DNA of 64,000 bases from a virus (IMGVR_UViG_3300032516_000008:29092-93091), one strand, 5' to 3'. Numbered from the stretch's first letter, positions 29,574-38,994 are shown. Made by a program: numbers and translations. The notes: generated by a model not told the origin, from the letters alone.

Positions 29574-30299
29574 GTGAATGATCAAATAGGTATTACAGAA
29601 CGTGGTGATCCTGCTATTAACTGTCAATGGTGCCAATGGGTTATTGACGGTAATCCTGCTATTTTGATTACGAAAGATCCTCTTAGCCTATTCGATCATA
29701 TCAAAGTTATCATTGAAGATGGCAAACGCGAAGAAGTCTATCCCAGATTTCCAAATATCATAGTACATACGACAATTACTGGTTTTGCCAGATCAGTAAT
29801 TGAGCCAAATGTGCCTGACGTTGACGTTGCGTTACTAGGATTTGAAGAACTTTGTAAATTGTTAGGTCCGCAAAGAATAGTGTTGCGCATTGACCCAGTG
29901 GTGCCTACAGATGCGGGTATTGACACGGCGCATGACATATTGTGTAGGGCTCAGAAGCGATTTAAGACTCGAGTGAGAGTGTCATTTATTGATCAGTATG
30001 ATCATGTCAAAAAGAGGTTCAAAGATATTGATGTTGAATTGCCGTGGACGACATTTCATGCACCGTTAAAGTTAAGAAAAAAGGCATGGGAAAGACTTGG
30101 TCAACCGGAAGTATGTGGTGAACCAGATTTTGAATGTACAGGATGTATTTCAGCTAAAGACTGCGAACTGCTTGGTATACAACCTATTGACAAGTTCTCA
30201 AAGCAAAGACCTTGTTGCGCATGTCTTGGTAATAAAAAAGAGTTGTTGAACAGTAAGTCTCAGTGCATTCATCGCTGTGCATATTGCTACTGGAGGTGA
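29574..30299 (+). CDS. Cys-rich hypothetical protein (possible metal/Fe-S binding C-terminus)
   Basis: The track ORF begins at TTG 29562, with an in-frame GTG at 29574. C-terminal cluster CGEPDFECTGC...CCAC...CIHRCAYCYW. Confidence 0.4.
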   Translation: MNDQIGITERGDPAINCQWCQWVIDGNPAILITKDPLSLFDHIKVIIEDGKREEVYPRFPNIIVHTTITGFARSVIEPNVPDVDVALLGFEELCKLLGPQRIVLRIDPVVPTDAGIDTAHDILCRAQKRFKTRVRVSFIDQYDHVKKRFKDIDVELPWTTFHAPLKLRKKAWERLGQPEVCGEPDFECTGCISAKDCELLGIQPIDKFSKQRPCCACLGNKKELLNSKSQCIHRCAYCYWR

Positions 30300-30301
30300 T
30301 T

Positions 30302-30496
30302 GTGCCTAAGAATGATCATAGAGTGCTATATAGTATCGATCAAATTCGTTTGTTGAAATCAGATGAACATCATTTGAGTGCTAATGAACATTTTCTACTT
30401 CAGTTACTTCAAGATACAGTTTCAGAAATACAAGAGCTTAGGGCAAGAGTAATTACTTTAGAAAACGATAAGACAAAGTTTGATATTTCATTGTAA
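30302..30496 (+). CDS. hypothetical protein
   Basis: GGAGG ribosome-binding site before the GTG at 30302. Confidence 0.3.
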   Translation: MPKNDHRVLYSIDQIRLLKSDEHHLSANEHFLLQLLQDTVSEIQELRARVITLENDKTKFDISL

Positions 30497-30730
30497 TTTA
30501 GTGTGATTAGTTGTCAATATGGCAACTGATGAAGAAATTATTTTGAAGTTTATGGAAGTAGCTATTGGGTGACGATATTTGGATCATGAGTGCAAATCCT
30601 GGTCAAATTGTCGAACATGTGCATATAGACATACCATTGTATAGAGTAAAAGATATGAAACGAACAAAACAGTTCACTGATTACGTGTATTATATTGAGG
30701 ACAAGCTAAACAATTTATAAGGAGGGCTAC

Positions 30731-31312
30731 ATGAACGAGTGGTGGGTAGGTATGTCAGCAATTGAACACGTCTATTGGTTCATTGCAGTTATAGCAAGCA
30801 CAGCATTGCTTATTCAAGCAATCTTGACATTTGCTGGTATGTCGCATGATTCTATTGACTTTCATCACGATGTGTCAAGTGGTCATGGTGACATGCAAGC
30901 TCATTTTCAATTGCTAAGTATTAGATCGCTAGTTGCGTTTTTCACAATGCTTGGTTGGAGTGGCATAGCACTAATTCATGCAAAAGGTGCATTGAACAAT
31001 CCTGTTTTGGTTGTAGTTGTATCGATTATAGTCGGTAGTGTATTTGCTGTGGTAGTTGCTGGTTTTTTCTATGGAATGACAAAGTTAGTTAGTAGTGGTA
31101 ATGTAGATATCAAAAATACGATTGGTCGAACAGCTAGTGTTTATTTGAAAATTCCTGCTAATATGTCAGGTACTGGAAAAGTGAATGTCATGATTCAAAG
31201 TCAAGTAAGAGAATTTGATGCCATGAGTAAAGATCTTACGGCAATTCCGTCAGGGTCACCAGTAAAAGTAGTAGATGTCCAAAACAATACTTTAATCGTT
31301 GAAAGGGGCTAG
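30731..31312 (+). CDS. YqiJ/NfeD-like membrane protein
   Basis: Two N-terminal transmembrane helices plus a C-terminal OB-like soluble domain. AAGGAGGG ribosome-binding site. Lies immediately upstream of the flotillin gene, as in the yqiJK operon. Confidence 0.55.
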   Translation: MNEWWVGMSAIEHVYWFIAVIASTALLIQAILTFAGMSHDSIDFHHDVSSGHGDMQAHFQLLSIRSLVAFFTMLGWSGIALIHAKGALNNPVLVVVVSIIVGSVFAVVVAGFFYGMTKLVSSGNVDIKNTIGRTASVYLKIPANMSGTGKVNVMIQSQVREFDAMSKDLTAIPSGSPVKVVDVQNNTLIVERG

Positions 31313-31313
31313 T

Positions 31314-32708
31314 ATGTATCTGTTGATTGCTGCAGCAGCTGGCGTCATTATCTTGTTCGTGCTTTTTATCTCGGTTCTTACGAGGTATAAGAAGTGTCCG
31401 TCAGACAAGATATTGATTGTGTATGGAAAAGTGGCAAAGGGTAGTACTTCAAAGTGCATTCATGGTGGTGCGGCTTTTGTATGGCCTATCATTCAAGACT
31501 ATGCATATTTGGGTCTTACTCCAATGCAAATTGAAGTACCATTGCAAAATGCATTGAGCAAACAGAATATTCGAGTCGATGTGCCTTCAAATTTCACAGT
31601 TGGTATTTCAACAAAGCCTGAGATTATGACGGCTGCTGCTGAACGACTTTTGGGTTTACAATCCAAAGAGATTCAGGGTATAGCTAGGGAAATTATCTTT
31701 GGCCAACTTCGTTTGTCAGTAGCAACAATGGACATCGAAGAAATTAATGCTGATAGAGACAAGTTCCTTGAGAACATTTACAAGAATGTTGAAGTTGAAC
31801 TTGAGAAGATCGGTCTGCGATTGATCAATGTCAATATTACTGACATTCAAGATGAATCTGGTTACATCAAGTCTCTTGGGCAGAAAGCTGCTGCAGAAGC
31901 ACTTAACAAGGCTAAGAAAGATGTAGCTGAGAAAGATCGTGATGGAGCAATTGGTCAGGCAAATGCTGATAGAGATAAGAGAGTGCAAGTTGCAGGTGCA
32001 AATGCTACAGCTGTTGAAGGTGAAAATGCAGCTCAGGTGACAATTGCAAATTCAACATCAGATATGCGACAGAAGAAAGCTGAAGCTGAACGAGCAGCTA
32101 TAGCATCAGAAAAGGTTGCAACAGCAAAAGCTTTGCAAGAAGCCTATGCTGCTGAACAAATTGCTGAAGCGACTCGTGCAGACAGAGAAAGAGCTACACA
32201 GACTGCCAATGATGTTGTCAAAGCTGAGATTGACAAAAAGAAGATTGAGATTGCGGCTAGTGCTCAGGCTGAGAAACTGCGACTTGAAGCTAGAGGTCAA
32301 GCAGATGCCACATATGCTAACCTTGAAGCTCAGGCAAGAGGACTTAAGGAGATGTTGATCAAGCAGGCTGAGGGATTGAAAGAGATTGTTGCAGCTGCCG
32401 GTAACAATCCACAGCAGACTCAGCAAGCAGCAATGTTGATGATTATCGATAAGTTGCCTGAAATAGTCAAGACTCAGGTTGAGGCTATTAAGGGTATTAA
32501 GATCGATAAGGTTACTGTTTGGGACGGTATGGGTAATGGTTCAGGCAATGGCAAACCAACGACTGCCAATTTCTTGTCAGGTATGCTTGGATCAGTTCCT
32601 CCATTGCAAGACTTGTTCAATATGGCAGGAATGAAGTTGCCAGAGTATTTGGGAAAGACTCCTGAGAAACCGGCAATTACAACTGAAACAACTGAAGTTA
32701 AGGGCTAA
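31314..32708 (+). CDS. flotillin-like SPFH-domain protein (YqiK/FloA-like)
   Basis: N-terminal transmembrane helix, SPFH/band-7 domain, and a long Ala/Glu/Gln-rich coiled-coil (EA repeats). Confidence 0.75.
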   Translation: MYLLIAAAAGVIILFVLFISVLTRYKKCPSDKILIVYGKVAKGSTSKCIHGGAAFVWPIIQDYAYLGLTPMQIEVPLQNALSKQNIRVDVPSNFTVGISTKPEIMTAAAERLLGLQSKEIQGIAREIIFGQLRLSVATMDIEEINADRDKFLENIYKNVEVELEKIGLRLINVNITDIQDESGYIKSLGQKAAAEALNKAKKDVAEKDRDGAIGQANADRDKRVQVAGANATAVEGENAAQVTIANSTSDMRQKKAEAERAAIASEKVATAKALQEAYAAEQIAEATRADRERATQTANDVVKAEIDKKKIEIAASAQAEKLRLEARGQADATYANLEAQARGLKEMLIKQAEGLKEIVAAAGNNPQQTQQAAMLMIIDKLPEIVKTQVEAIKGIKIDKVTVWDGMGNGSGNGKPTTANFLSGMLGSVPPLQDLFNMAGMKLPEYLGKTPEKPAITTETTEVKG

Positions 32709-32907
32709 TATGAAGACAGTACAAGATGAAGTAGGTAAAAGTGCATGGATGTCTTGGCCTACTGGTGCAACAGTCGCGATAGAACGGTTAGAAAGTTTCA
32801 TTCAAGATATTAAGTACAAAGTAGAATCAGCACAAAGAACAGGCAATGACAAATATCTTGAAGAAATAATCAAGTCTATCGATCGCGAATAAGTAGTTGA
32901 GAGAAGG

Positions 32908-32945
32908 GAAGGGCTGGTAGTAGAAACACTCCGGCCCTTTTTCCT
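32908..32945 (+). terminator. rho-independent terminator
   Basis: GGGCTGG...CCGGCCC hairpin followed by TTTTTCC. Confidence 0.6.
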
Positions 32946-33574
32946 GTTCGAGAAGCGATTATTGAATCTGAATCGGTTTCAAAGCTACTGATCCTGGCCG
33001 AAATCGAGGACGAATTATAGCGCTTTGTCACGCTATAAATCTCTATGACTCTGTCTTTAACTAATCTCCTTATTGACTCTGGCAGCGAAAGACAACGTAT
33101 TATACGCGTCAATTTGACATTAAATTTACAACAAATTCTACAATTGTACTTGAACGCAGACTCAGCGATGAAAACATGTCAAAGTTTACAAATGAAAATA
33201 AAATTACTATTTGTAAATTTCTATGACTCGACGTCGCTAAATAGAAGCAGTAAAATGGCAAAACATCGTTTGGCGACAATGAGACTGATGTTCAGCTCAC
33301 AATAGTATGTCACATGCTGCATCGACAATTGTCAACGATAAACGCATAGACTATTTTTGCGAAGCATGATAACTGTTCGTGAAATCTGTAGAGAATTTAG
33401 CATGTCCAGAAGCACTGTTAAACGGTTGATAAAGCGAGTGAAATTACTGCTCATACTTGATATTCGAAAATATTCTAGGCTTACTGCTAATGAGCAACAA
33501 CAAAAGCCAAGCTTTGAACGTTCGCTGTTTTTTTAGAAATTAGTTAACTCTCTGTTATTTCTACGCAATTTGAC
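32946..33574 (+). promoter_or_regulatory. 630-bp AT-rich non-coding region upstream of the PolX gene with hairpin and repeated motifs (candidate promoter/origin region)
   Basis: No credible ORF. Perfect 8-bp inverted repeat TTATAGCG-ctttgtca-CGCTATAA (about 33015-33038). Direct repeats TCTATGACTC (33039, 33219) and CAATTTGACAT (33109, 33566), which contain TTGACA. Confidence 0.35.
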
Positions 33575-33589
33575 ATGATTACTACTAAT

Positions 33590-35248
33590 ATGATAAACCA
33601 AGACGTTGCAAAGATTCTCTACGACATTGCTGAAATAAAGCAGCACCAGAATGATAACAAGTTTTCAATCGGTGCCTATAGAAAAGCTGCTAAATTCATT
33701 TCTAACCTACCTACGCCGGTCTCAGAATTGGATCTTTTGACCACCAAAGGTATTGGTCCTAAGATTGCGAACAGTATACTAGAATTCCTCTCTACTGGCA
33801 AAGTTCAATTTATCGTAGATAATCAGGCGTGCTTGAACGCTTCTCAGAAAGTCGAAGAGTTGCTTAGAATTGAAGGAATTGGCGAGAAAAAGGCATTGAA
33901 AATCTACGAGACACTCGGGATATCTATGATTGCTGAGTTGAAAGTTGCTATTGAGAATGGCAAACTTGCACAGGTTTTCAAAGACAAAACGATCGAAAAC
34001 ATCAAACAAGGCATAGAATATCTTGAGACAACTCGTGGTAGAATTCGTCTTGATGAAGCTTTGGAATTAATAGTACAAATTCATAGTGAACTGAGAGAGT
34101 TTTGTGACAGGATTGAATTTTGTGGTTCTTTCAGACGGTCAAAGTCAACCATTGGTGATATTGATTTTGCAGTTGTATCGAGCGATAGCGATTTTTTACA
34201 GCGATTTGCAACCTTACCAATAGTTGATAAAGTTATAGATATTGGTAAGAAAAAAGCATCAGTTTGGGTCAAGGGTATTCGCATCGATTGCTACATCTTT
34301 GAAGCAGACACTTTTGAGTCTGGTGTTATGCATCTTACAGGTTCTGCAGATCATAATGAAGAGCTTCGTAGAATTGCAAAATCAAAGGGATTAATTCTAT
34401 CACAGTACGGTCTTTACAGACGATTCGGTGACGAACGAACTGGTGACCGTCTTGATGATGGTACTGAGACTAGCATCTACAATTCCCTTGGATTCAATTT
34501 CATACCACCAGAACATCGTGATGATGTCTCTCAGTTTGGAAAGTATCGCATTGATCAACCAGCAGTGAATTTATTGAAGGCCGATGATATTGAGTGTGAT
34601 TTTCATACTCATTCAACATGGTCTGACGGCAAATCAACGATTGAAGAAATGGTGCAAGCTGCGATAAGGCAAGGGCTAAAGGGCATAGCAATAACAGATC
34701 ATTCACAAGTAATTTCTACGAAAGTACTGGCAGTCGATATTAAACGGAAGATTGGCGAGATAGAAGTCTTGAGGATGAAATATCCAACCATTAAGATATT
34801 AATGGGGAGTGAAGTTAACATTAAATCTGATGGTTCACTCGATTACTCAGATGAAATTCTCGACCAACTTGACATTGTAATTGCATCAATTCACGTTCAT
34901 ACAAAGCAAGATGTCACAGAAATGTATTGCAAAGCAATTCGCACTGGTAAAGTCCACATCATAGGTCATCTAACAGGTCGACTCATAAATCAACGACCTG
35001 GTCATGTCATGAATGTTGAAGCAATTCTGCAAGAGTGCAGGAATCATAACGTCGCCATAGAGTTTAATTGTCAACCAGATAGACTAGATGCTGATGAAGA
35101 TGTCATACGAAGATGTAAGGATATGGGCATCAAAATTGCTATTGGGTCAGATGCTCATGAAAAAAGTCAGATTCAGTATTCTAAGACATTTGGATTGTGG
35201 ATTGGTCGTAGAGCGTGGTTGACAAAGAATGATTTACTGGAGGCATAA
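33590..35248 (+). CDS. family X DNA polymerase (Pol beta-like) with C-terminal PHP phosphoesterase domain
   Basis: HhH GIGPKIA, nucleotidyltransferase GSFRRSKSTIGDIDFAV, PHP motifs DFHTHSTWSDG and ITDHS. An alternative start at 33575 is possible. Confidence 0.8.
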   Translation: MINQDVAKILYDIAEIKQHQNDNKFSIGAYRKAAKFISNLPTPVSELDLLTTKGIGPKIANSILEFLSTGKVQFIVDNQACLNASQKVEELLRIEGIGEKKALKIYETLGISMIAELKVAIENGKLAQVFKDKTIENIKQGIEYLETTRGRIRLDEALELIVQIHSELREFCDRIEFCGSFRRSKSTIGDIDFAVVSSDSDFLQRFATLPIVDKVIDIGKKKASVWVKGIRIDCYIFEADTFESGVMHLTGSADHNEELRRIAKSKGLILSQYGLYRRFGDERTGDRLDDGTETSIYNSLGFNFIPPEHRDDVSQFGKYRIDQPAVNLLKADDIECDFHTHSTWSDGKSTIEEMVQAAIRQGLKGIAITDHSQVISTKVLAVDIKRKIGEIEVLRMKYPTIKILMGSEVNIKSDGSLDYSDEILDQLDIVIASIHVHTKQDVTEMYCKAIRTGKVHIIGHLTGRLINQRPGHVMNVEAILQECRNHNVAIEFNCQPDRLDADEDVIRRCKDMGIKIAIGSDAHEKSQIQYSKTFGLWIGRRAWLTKNDLLEA

Positions 35249-35568
35249 TGATAAATGATAATCGAAAAACAGTATACTATTGGACTAGTCGTCAAGATTT
35301 GATGGTGTACTGTGCGACGTATTTCTGTATGACTTCACAACAAGTTAAAAAAGCTATTGAACATGCTCAGTCTACATTTCAAGTTCGCAAACAAAAAGCA
35401 ATCGACCCTCGAGATCTATGGCAAAAGACAGGATTAACTATAATCAAAGGTATAACAAAACGAGCTCCGTGCTGCACGTGTAAAGATTCTTGTAGATATC
35501 TGATTGATTCAGTTTGTACTTGGAGTTCAGCTTGTCCATGGCGAGATGATATAAGGAGGATGACATGA
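35248..35568 (+). CDS. Cys-rich hypothetical protein
   Basis: ORF. Confidence 0.35.
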   Translation: MINDNRKTVYYWTSRQDLMVYCATYFCMTSQQVKKAIEHAQSTFQVRKQKAIDPRDLWQKTGLTIIKGITKRAPCCTCKDSCRYLIDSVCTWSSACPWRDDIRRMT

Positions 35569-35657
35569 TTCGAGAAAGCAAAGTGTACACGATCAGTTGC
35601 AAGTGCGGTGCTAGCATTGTCGTGGACAAAATTGACAAGGCAAAAGATCAAGGTTGA
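35565..35657 (+). CDS. tiny ORF (30 aa) with strong ribosome-binding site
   Basis: TAAGGAGGATGAC followed by ATG at 35565. Confidence 0.25.
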   Translation: MIRESKVYTISCKCGASIVVDKIDKAKDQG

Positions 35658-35660
35658 CAA

Positions 35661-35951
35661 ATGCATTCAATGCTTGGTCGGTGGAATGAGTCATCAAAAG
35701 ATTTTTGTCCGGTATGTGTCGAAAAAGAAAGACAACGAAAGTACAATTCATCTGACATTTGGGAGCGCATATCTGCCGGATTTTATGACGATAATCCTGA
35801 CAAATTTCGTGATGACGCAATTGAATTTGTAGGTCTCAAGGGTCATCCTAAAGCTGACAAGGCTATGGCACAGGCAGTCGAAGATGGTCATTCTGGAGGT
35901 CACAGTGAGATTTTTAACGCGTTGATTCGATATGCTGAAATAATACTGTAG
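35661..35951 (+). CDS. hypothetical protein
   Basis: ORF. Confidence 0.35.
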   Translation: MHSMLGRWNESSKDFCPVCVEKERQRKYNSSDIWERISAGFYDDNPDKFRDDAIEFVGLKGHPKADKAMAQAVEDGHSGGHSEIFNALIRYAEIIL

Positions 35952-35961
35952 GGCACACAAG

Positions 35962-36204
35962 ATGTTTACTGCAGAAATTCGCATCAATGGATGTATTGTC
36001 GGCATATTACACGCACAAAACAAAGGTCATTTGTCATGTGGTACAAATGGTAACTTTCGAAAATATGATTATGAGTATTACGAGCCGTCAGTGGGCATCA
36101 TTGATGAACGTCAACCGTTACATAAAAAAGGATCAATAGTAGTTGATAGAGACTGCGGATTGTCAGCAATTATCGGTGAAATATTCACAGAGATTAACAA
36201 ATAA
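35962..36204 (+). CDS. hypothetical protein
   Basis: ORF. Confidence 0.35.
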   Translation: MFTAEIRINGCIVGILHAQNKGHLSCGTNGNFRKYDYEYYEPSVGIIDERQPLHKKGSIVVDRDCGLSAIIGEIFTEINK

Positions 36205-36788
36205 TGGACGCAGCAAAACTAGTTTGCAAATTGGCAGAAGTCTTTGGTGACCGCGTTATTGTTAGATCACAATATCATATTCAAATAGTAGACGCAACAA
36301 AAGGCTATCACGACATTTGGGTTAGCAAGATAGGATATGTCAAGTTTAAGGCAGCAGGCGATCGTAAAACGCATGAAGATGTCGATCTTAATTTCATTGT
36401 GAACAATGTTAGATCACAAGTCAAAACTAGTATTGAAAAAATGCAAGAGATGCTTGATGTAGCCAAGTTTATGAACCAGTGTGAAAAAAGGGCTACTACA
36501 ATTGGATCAGCTATATTCACAGATGCTGGTTTCAAAAATGGTCAAGCAAAAATTGCAGCTATATTGGTTGATGGCAATAACATTGATGCTAAGTCACGAA
36601 TAATTCAAGCTGCTAACAATACAGCTGCTGAATATGAAGCTGTCGTTCTTGGCTTATCAATGCATCCATTGCTGACAGTTTACAATGACAACCAATCAAT
36701 GGTAAATACTTGTCAAAATGTACGTGTGAAATGGTTGCCTCGAACTAACAACAAGGCAGCTGACACAATAGGAAACTTAAGAAAGTAG
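36204..36788 (+). CDS. RNase H (RNase HI-like) with about 100-aa N-terminal extension
   Basis: Motifs FTDAGF..., TAAEYEAV, YNDNQ, and NNKAADTIG (compare NN.AD.LA of RNase HI). Ends with TAG and is in frame with the next ORF. Confidence 0.65.
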   Translation: MDAAKLVCKLAEVFGDRVIVRSQYHIQIVDATKGYHDIWVSKIGYVKFKAAGDRKTHEDVDLNFIVNNVRSQVKTSIEKMQEMLDVAKFMNQCEKRATTIGSAIFTDAGFKNGQAKIAAILVDGNNIDAKSRIIQAANNTAAEYEAVVLGLSMHPLLTVYNDNQSMVNTCQNVRVKWLPRTNNKAADTIGNLRK

Positions 36789-37058
36789 GTGGCAATGCCA
36801 GTTCGAAAATATTTCTACAAAGAAAACGGTAAAACCAAACAGAACACTTGGTGTGGATCATGTCAAGCCGGTCCTTTTCGTGAAGATGAGGAAGGTGTGA
36901 AGTTTTTTAAGTATCCTACTCGTTACGATTTGTGCGTAGCATGTGCAAAGCGTAACAATGTGGTTCCACATACACTTCCTCAGAAATCAAAAAACGTGTC
37001 ACCATTCAAAAAGACACAAAAGAAAAAGACAGCACAGGATACTGTAGATGCTGAATAA
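36789..37058 (+). CDS. zinc-ribbon protein (possible read-through extension of RNase H)
   Basis: CGSC...CVAC. GTG start is in the same frame as the upstream gene, separated by a single TAG. Confidence 0.35.
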   Translation: MAMPVRKYFYKENGKTKQNTWCGSCQAGPFREDEEGVKFFKYPTRYDLCVACAKRNNVVPHTLPQKSKNVSPFKKTQKKKTAQDTVDAE

Positions 37059-37467
37059 GTTGTCACAAAACGAAAAGAACGAGATCATTGCGTTAGCGAA
37101 AGAACTCAAAGACACGCCAGTGATCTCATGTGTCGGTGAATGCGTTGATGAATGTCCTCGCAGGAAGTTGATCAAGAGATTGCGACAGATTGAACGTACT
37201 ATTGGATTTACGGTTACTATTGATGAAGTTTTGAATGTTAATAGCGACGCGATTTCAAAGAAACAATTGTCCAGCGATATTTTGTGCTGTCCGTTTTGCG
37301 GGAATCCGGCAGAGATTTATTCGGGGTCGCACCTTGATCTTGGTCCATCATATGATTCAAAACCGGGCGTTGGTTGCGTCGTATGTCATTTCGTTATTCA
37401 AAGGAAAACGGTGCGTGAGGCTGTTGCGGTATGGAATTGCCGGGCAGGAGAACAATTATGCATCTAG
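37048..37467 (+). CDS. protein with C-terminal Lar-family restriction-alleviation domain
   Basis: CCPFCGNPAEI...GCVVCHFVIQRKTVREAVAVWNCRAGE matches the Lar family CPFCG...W-N-R pattern. Confidence 0.55.
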   Translation: MLNKLSQNEKNEIIALAKELKDTPVISCVGECVDECPRRKLIKRLRQIERTIGFTVTIDEVLNVNSDAISKKQLSSDILCCPFCGNPAEIYSGSHLDLGPSYDSKPGVGCVVCHFVIQRKTVREAVAVWNCRAGEQLCI

Positions 37468-38033
37468 ATAGTATTACAATAACAACGTGTACTCGTGTAG
37501 AATCACTTATTGGCAAATGCATCAAGTTTGACAGTCGAATCAACTTTTTAGTTGGTGAAAATGGTAGTGGCAAATCTACTATTTTACGGGCGTTAGGAGG
37601 CAATAAATTAAGTGATGATGTCCTGCAATTTAAGACAGATCTTTCAGATCCAAATGCAAAAGAGAAATTACAAAGCTACTACTTTGATTCTGAAAAAATG
37701 AATCCAAGAGTAAGATCAAGAGTAGAAACAGTTTTTGATGCTCACATGTTGTTCATGTCTCACGGTGAATGTTTGATGATCTGTACAGACATGATCAAGA
37801 AGATTCCAAAAGACAACAATCATTTGTCTTTACTTGATGAACCGGAGAGCGGCATTTCGCCATGGAATCAAGTGAAACTTCGTGACGTGTTAATTGAACA
37901 GTCAAAACATTGTCAAATCATAGTTGCGACTCATTCATTAATTTTGACAAAAATGAATATTGGTCAAGTCATAAAGTTAGGACCAAAGATCACTTATCAT
38001 TCGCCCGCATCTAGTTTTGATTGGCAAGTATGA
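37458..38033 (+). CDS. small ABC/RecF-like AAA ATPase
   Basis: Walker A GENGSGKST, Walker B/H-loop region LSLLDEPESGISP...IIVATHS. AGGAG ribosome-binding site before the ATG at 37458. Confidence 0.6.
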   Translation: MHLDSITITTCTRVESLIGKCIKFDSRINFLVGENGSGKSTILRALGGNKLSDDVLQFKTDLSDPNAKEKLQSYYFDSEKMNPRVRSRVETVFDAHMLFMSHGECLMICTDMIKKIPKDNNHLSLLDEPESGISPWNQVKLRDVLIEQSKHCQIIVATHSLILTKMNIGQVIKLGPKITYHSPASSFDWQV

Positions 38034-38236
38034 CAGTTCAGATTGACATTCGTGGTAATATCGGTCAGCAAATCAAGACTATTCGTCAATCATTGGGTTT
38101 GACATTGGCTGATGTTGCAAAGGCTATCAATGAATCAGAACCATTGCTATCTTATTACGAAAACAATAAGCGTCAACAAAGTGTAGATATTCTCAGAAAG
38201 TTTTTGAATTTCTGTGATCGAGTGAAAAAATGCTAG
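38021..38236 (+). CDS. XRE-family HTH transcriptional regulator
   Basis: IRQSLGLTLADVAKAINESEPLLSYYENNKR. Confidence 0.6.
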   Translation: MASMTVQIDIRGNIGQQIKTIRQSLGLTLADVAKAINESEPLLSYYENNKRQQSVDILRKFLNFCDRVKKC

Positions 38237-38934
38237 TGAAGATTACAACTCAATGCCAAATGGGCTGCAGTCATTGCATGGAAGATGCAAAATCTGTTGG
38301 CGAACACATGTCTCTTGAAACTTTCAAGAAAGCACTTGATTTCATTGAGCGTGTATATTCTGGTCAACGTATTATACTGGTAAGCGGCGGTGAACCGACT
38401 GATCATCCGCAGATTCAACAGTTTTTGAATGAATTGAAAGACTGGAATGCCGTTCTTCTAAGTAATGGACTATTTTGGTCTGATCTTAAGACTCGAGAAA
38501 TGATTCTAGCATCAAATGTCCTTATTCAAGTCTATAATGATCCAAAATATTATCCACTGAAAGTAGAACCTATCGATCATCCTCGAGTACTATTTGCTGA
38601 TAAAATCAACCTTCTTAGTCCCATTGGACGAGCAAGAAATTTGAGTGAGATTGCAGGTCGCACATCGCCACTATGTTTTAACTTCAGAAGCTTTTGCAAA
38701 ACGCTGAGAGACTTTCAAAAGGCAGTAATGCTTTTGAGAACAAAGGGTAAAATTTGTTCACCATCAATTGATGTTCATGGCAATGTCGTTACTGGTGAAT
38801 CTAGATTTTGTTATAAGATCGGCACTGTTGATTCTTCATTCGATGAGCTGCTACAAAACACACTTAATATGTCATGTAATAAGTGTGGCCTCGAAGACAA
38901 TCTTCCAGCAGTATACAAGAACGCAATTCACTAG
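38230..38934 (+). CDS. small radical SAM enzyme (QueE-like or activase-like)
   Basis: CQMGCSHC (C-x3-C-x2-C) and glycine-rich SAM motif VSGGEPT. Length 234 aa. Confidence 0.6.
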   Translation: MLVKITTQCQMGCSHCMEDAKSVGEHMSLETFKKALDFIERVYSGQRIILVSGGEPTDHPQIQQFLNELKDWNAVLLSNGLFWSDLKTREMILASNVLIQVYNDPKYYPLKVEPIDHPRVLFADKINLLSPIGRARNLSEIAGRTSPLCFNFRSFCKTLRDFQKAVMLLRTKGKICSPSIDVHGNVVTGESRFCYKIGTVDSSFDELLQNTLNMSCNKCGLEDNLPAVYKNAIH

Positions 38935-38940
38935 ACAAAG

Positions 38941-38994
38941 AAAGGGCCGGCAAAAATCCACTTGAGATGGAATCTCGCCGGCCCTGTTCTTTTC
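38941..38994. terminator. bidirectional intrinsic terminator at convergent junction
   Basis: AGGGCCGGC...GCCGGCCCT stem with inner hairpin, A-run upstream and T-run downstream. Confidence 0.6.

Noticed and set aside
33575-33590. TTGACA at 33569 as -35 of a sigma70 promoter for the PolX gene
   Set aside because: The hexamer overlaps the first possible ATG (33575) and no acceptable -10 sits at 16-18 nt. It is more likely part of the repeated CAATTTGACAT motif than a functional promoter for this gene.
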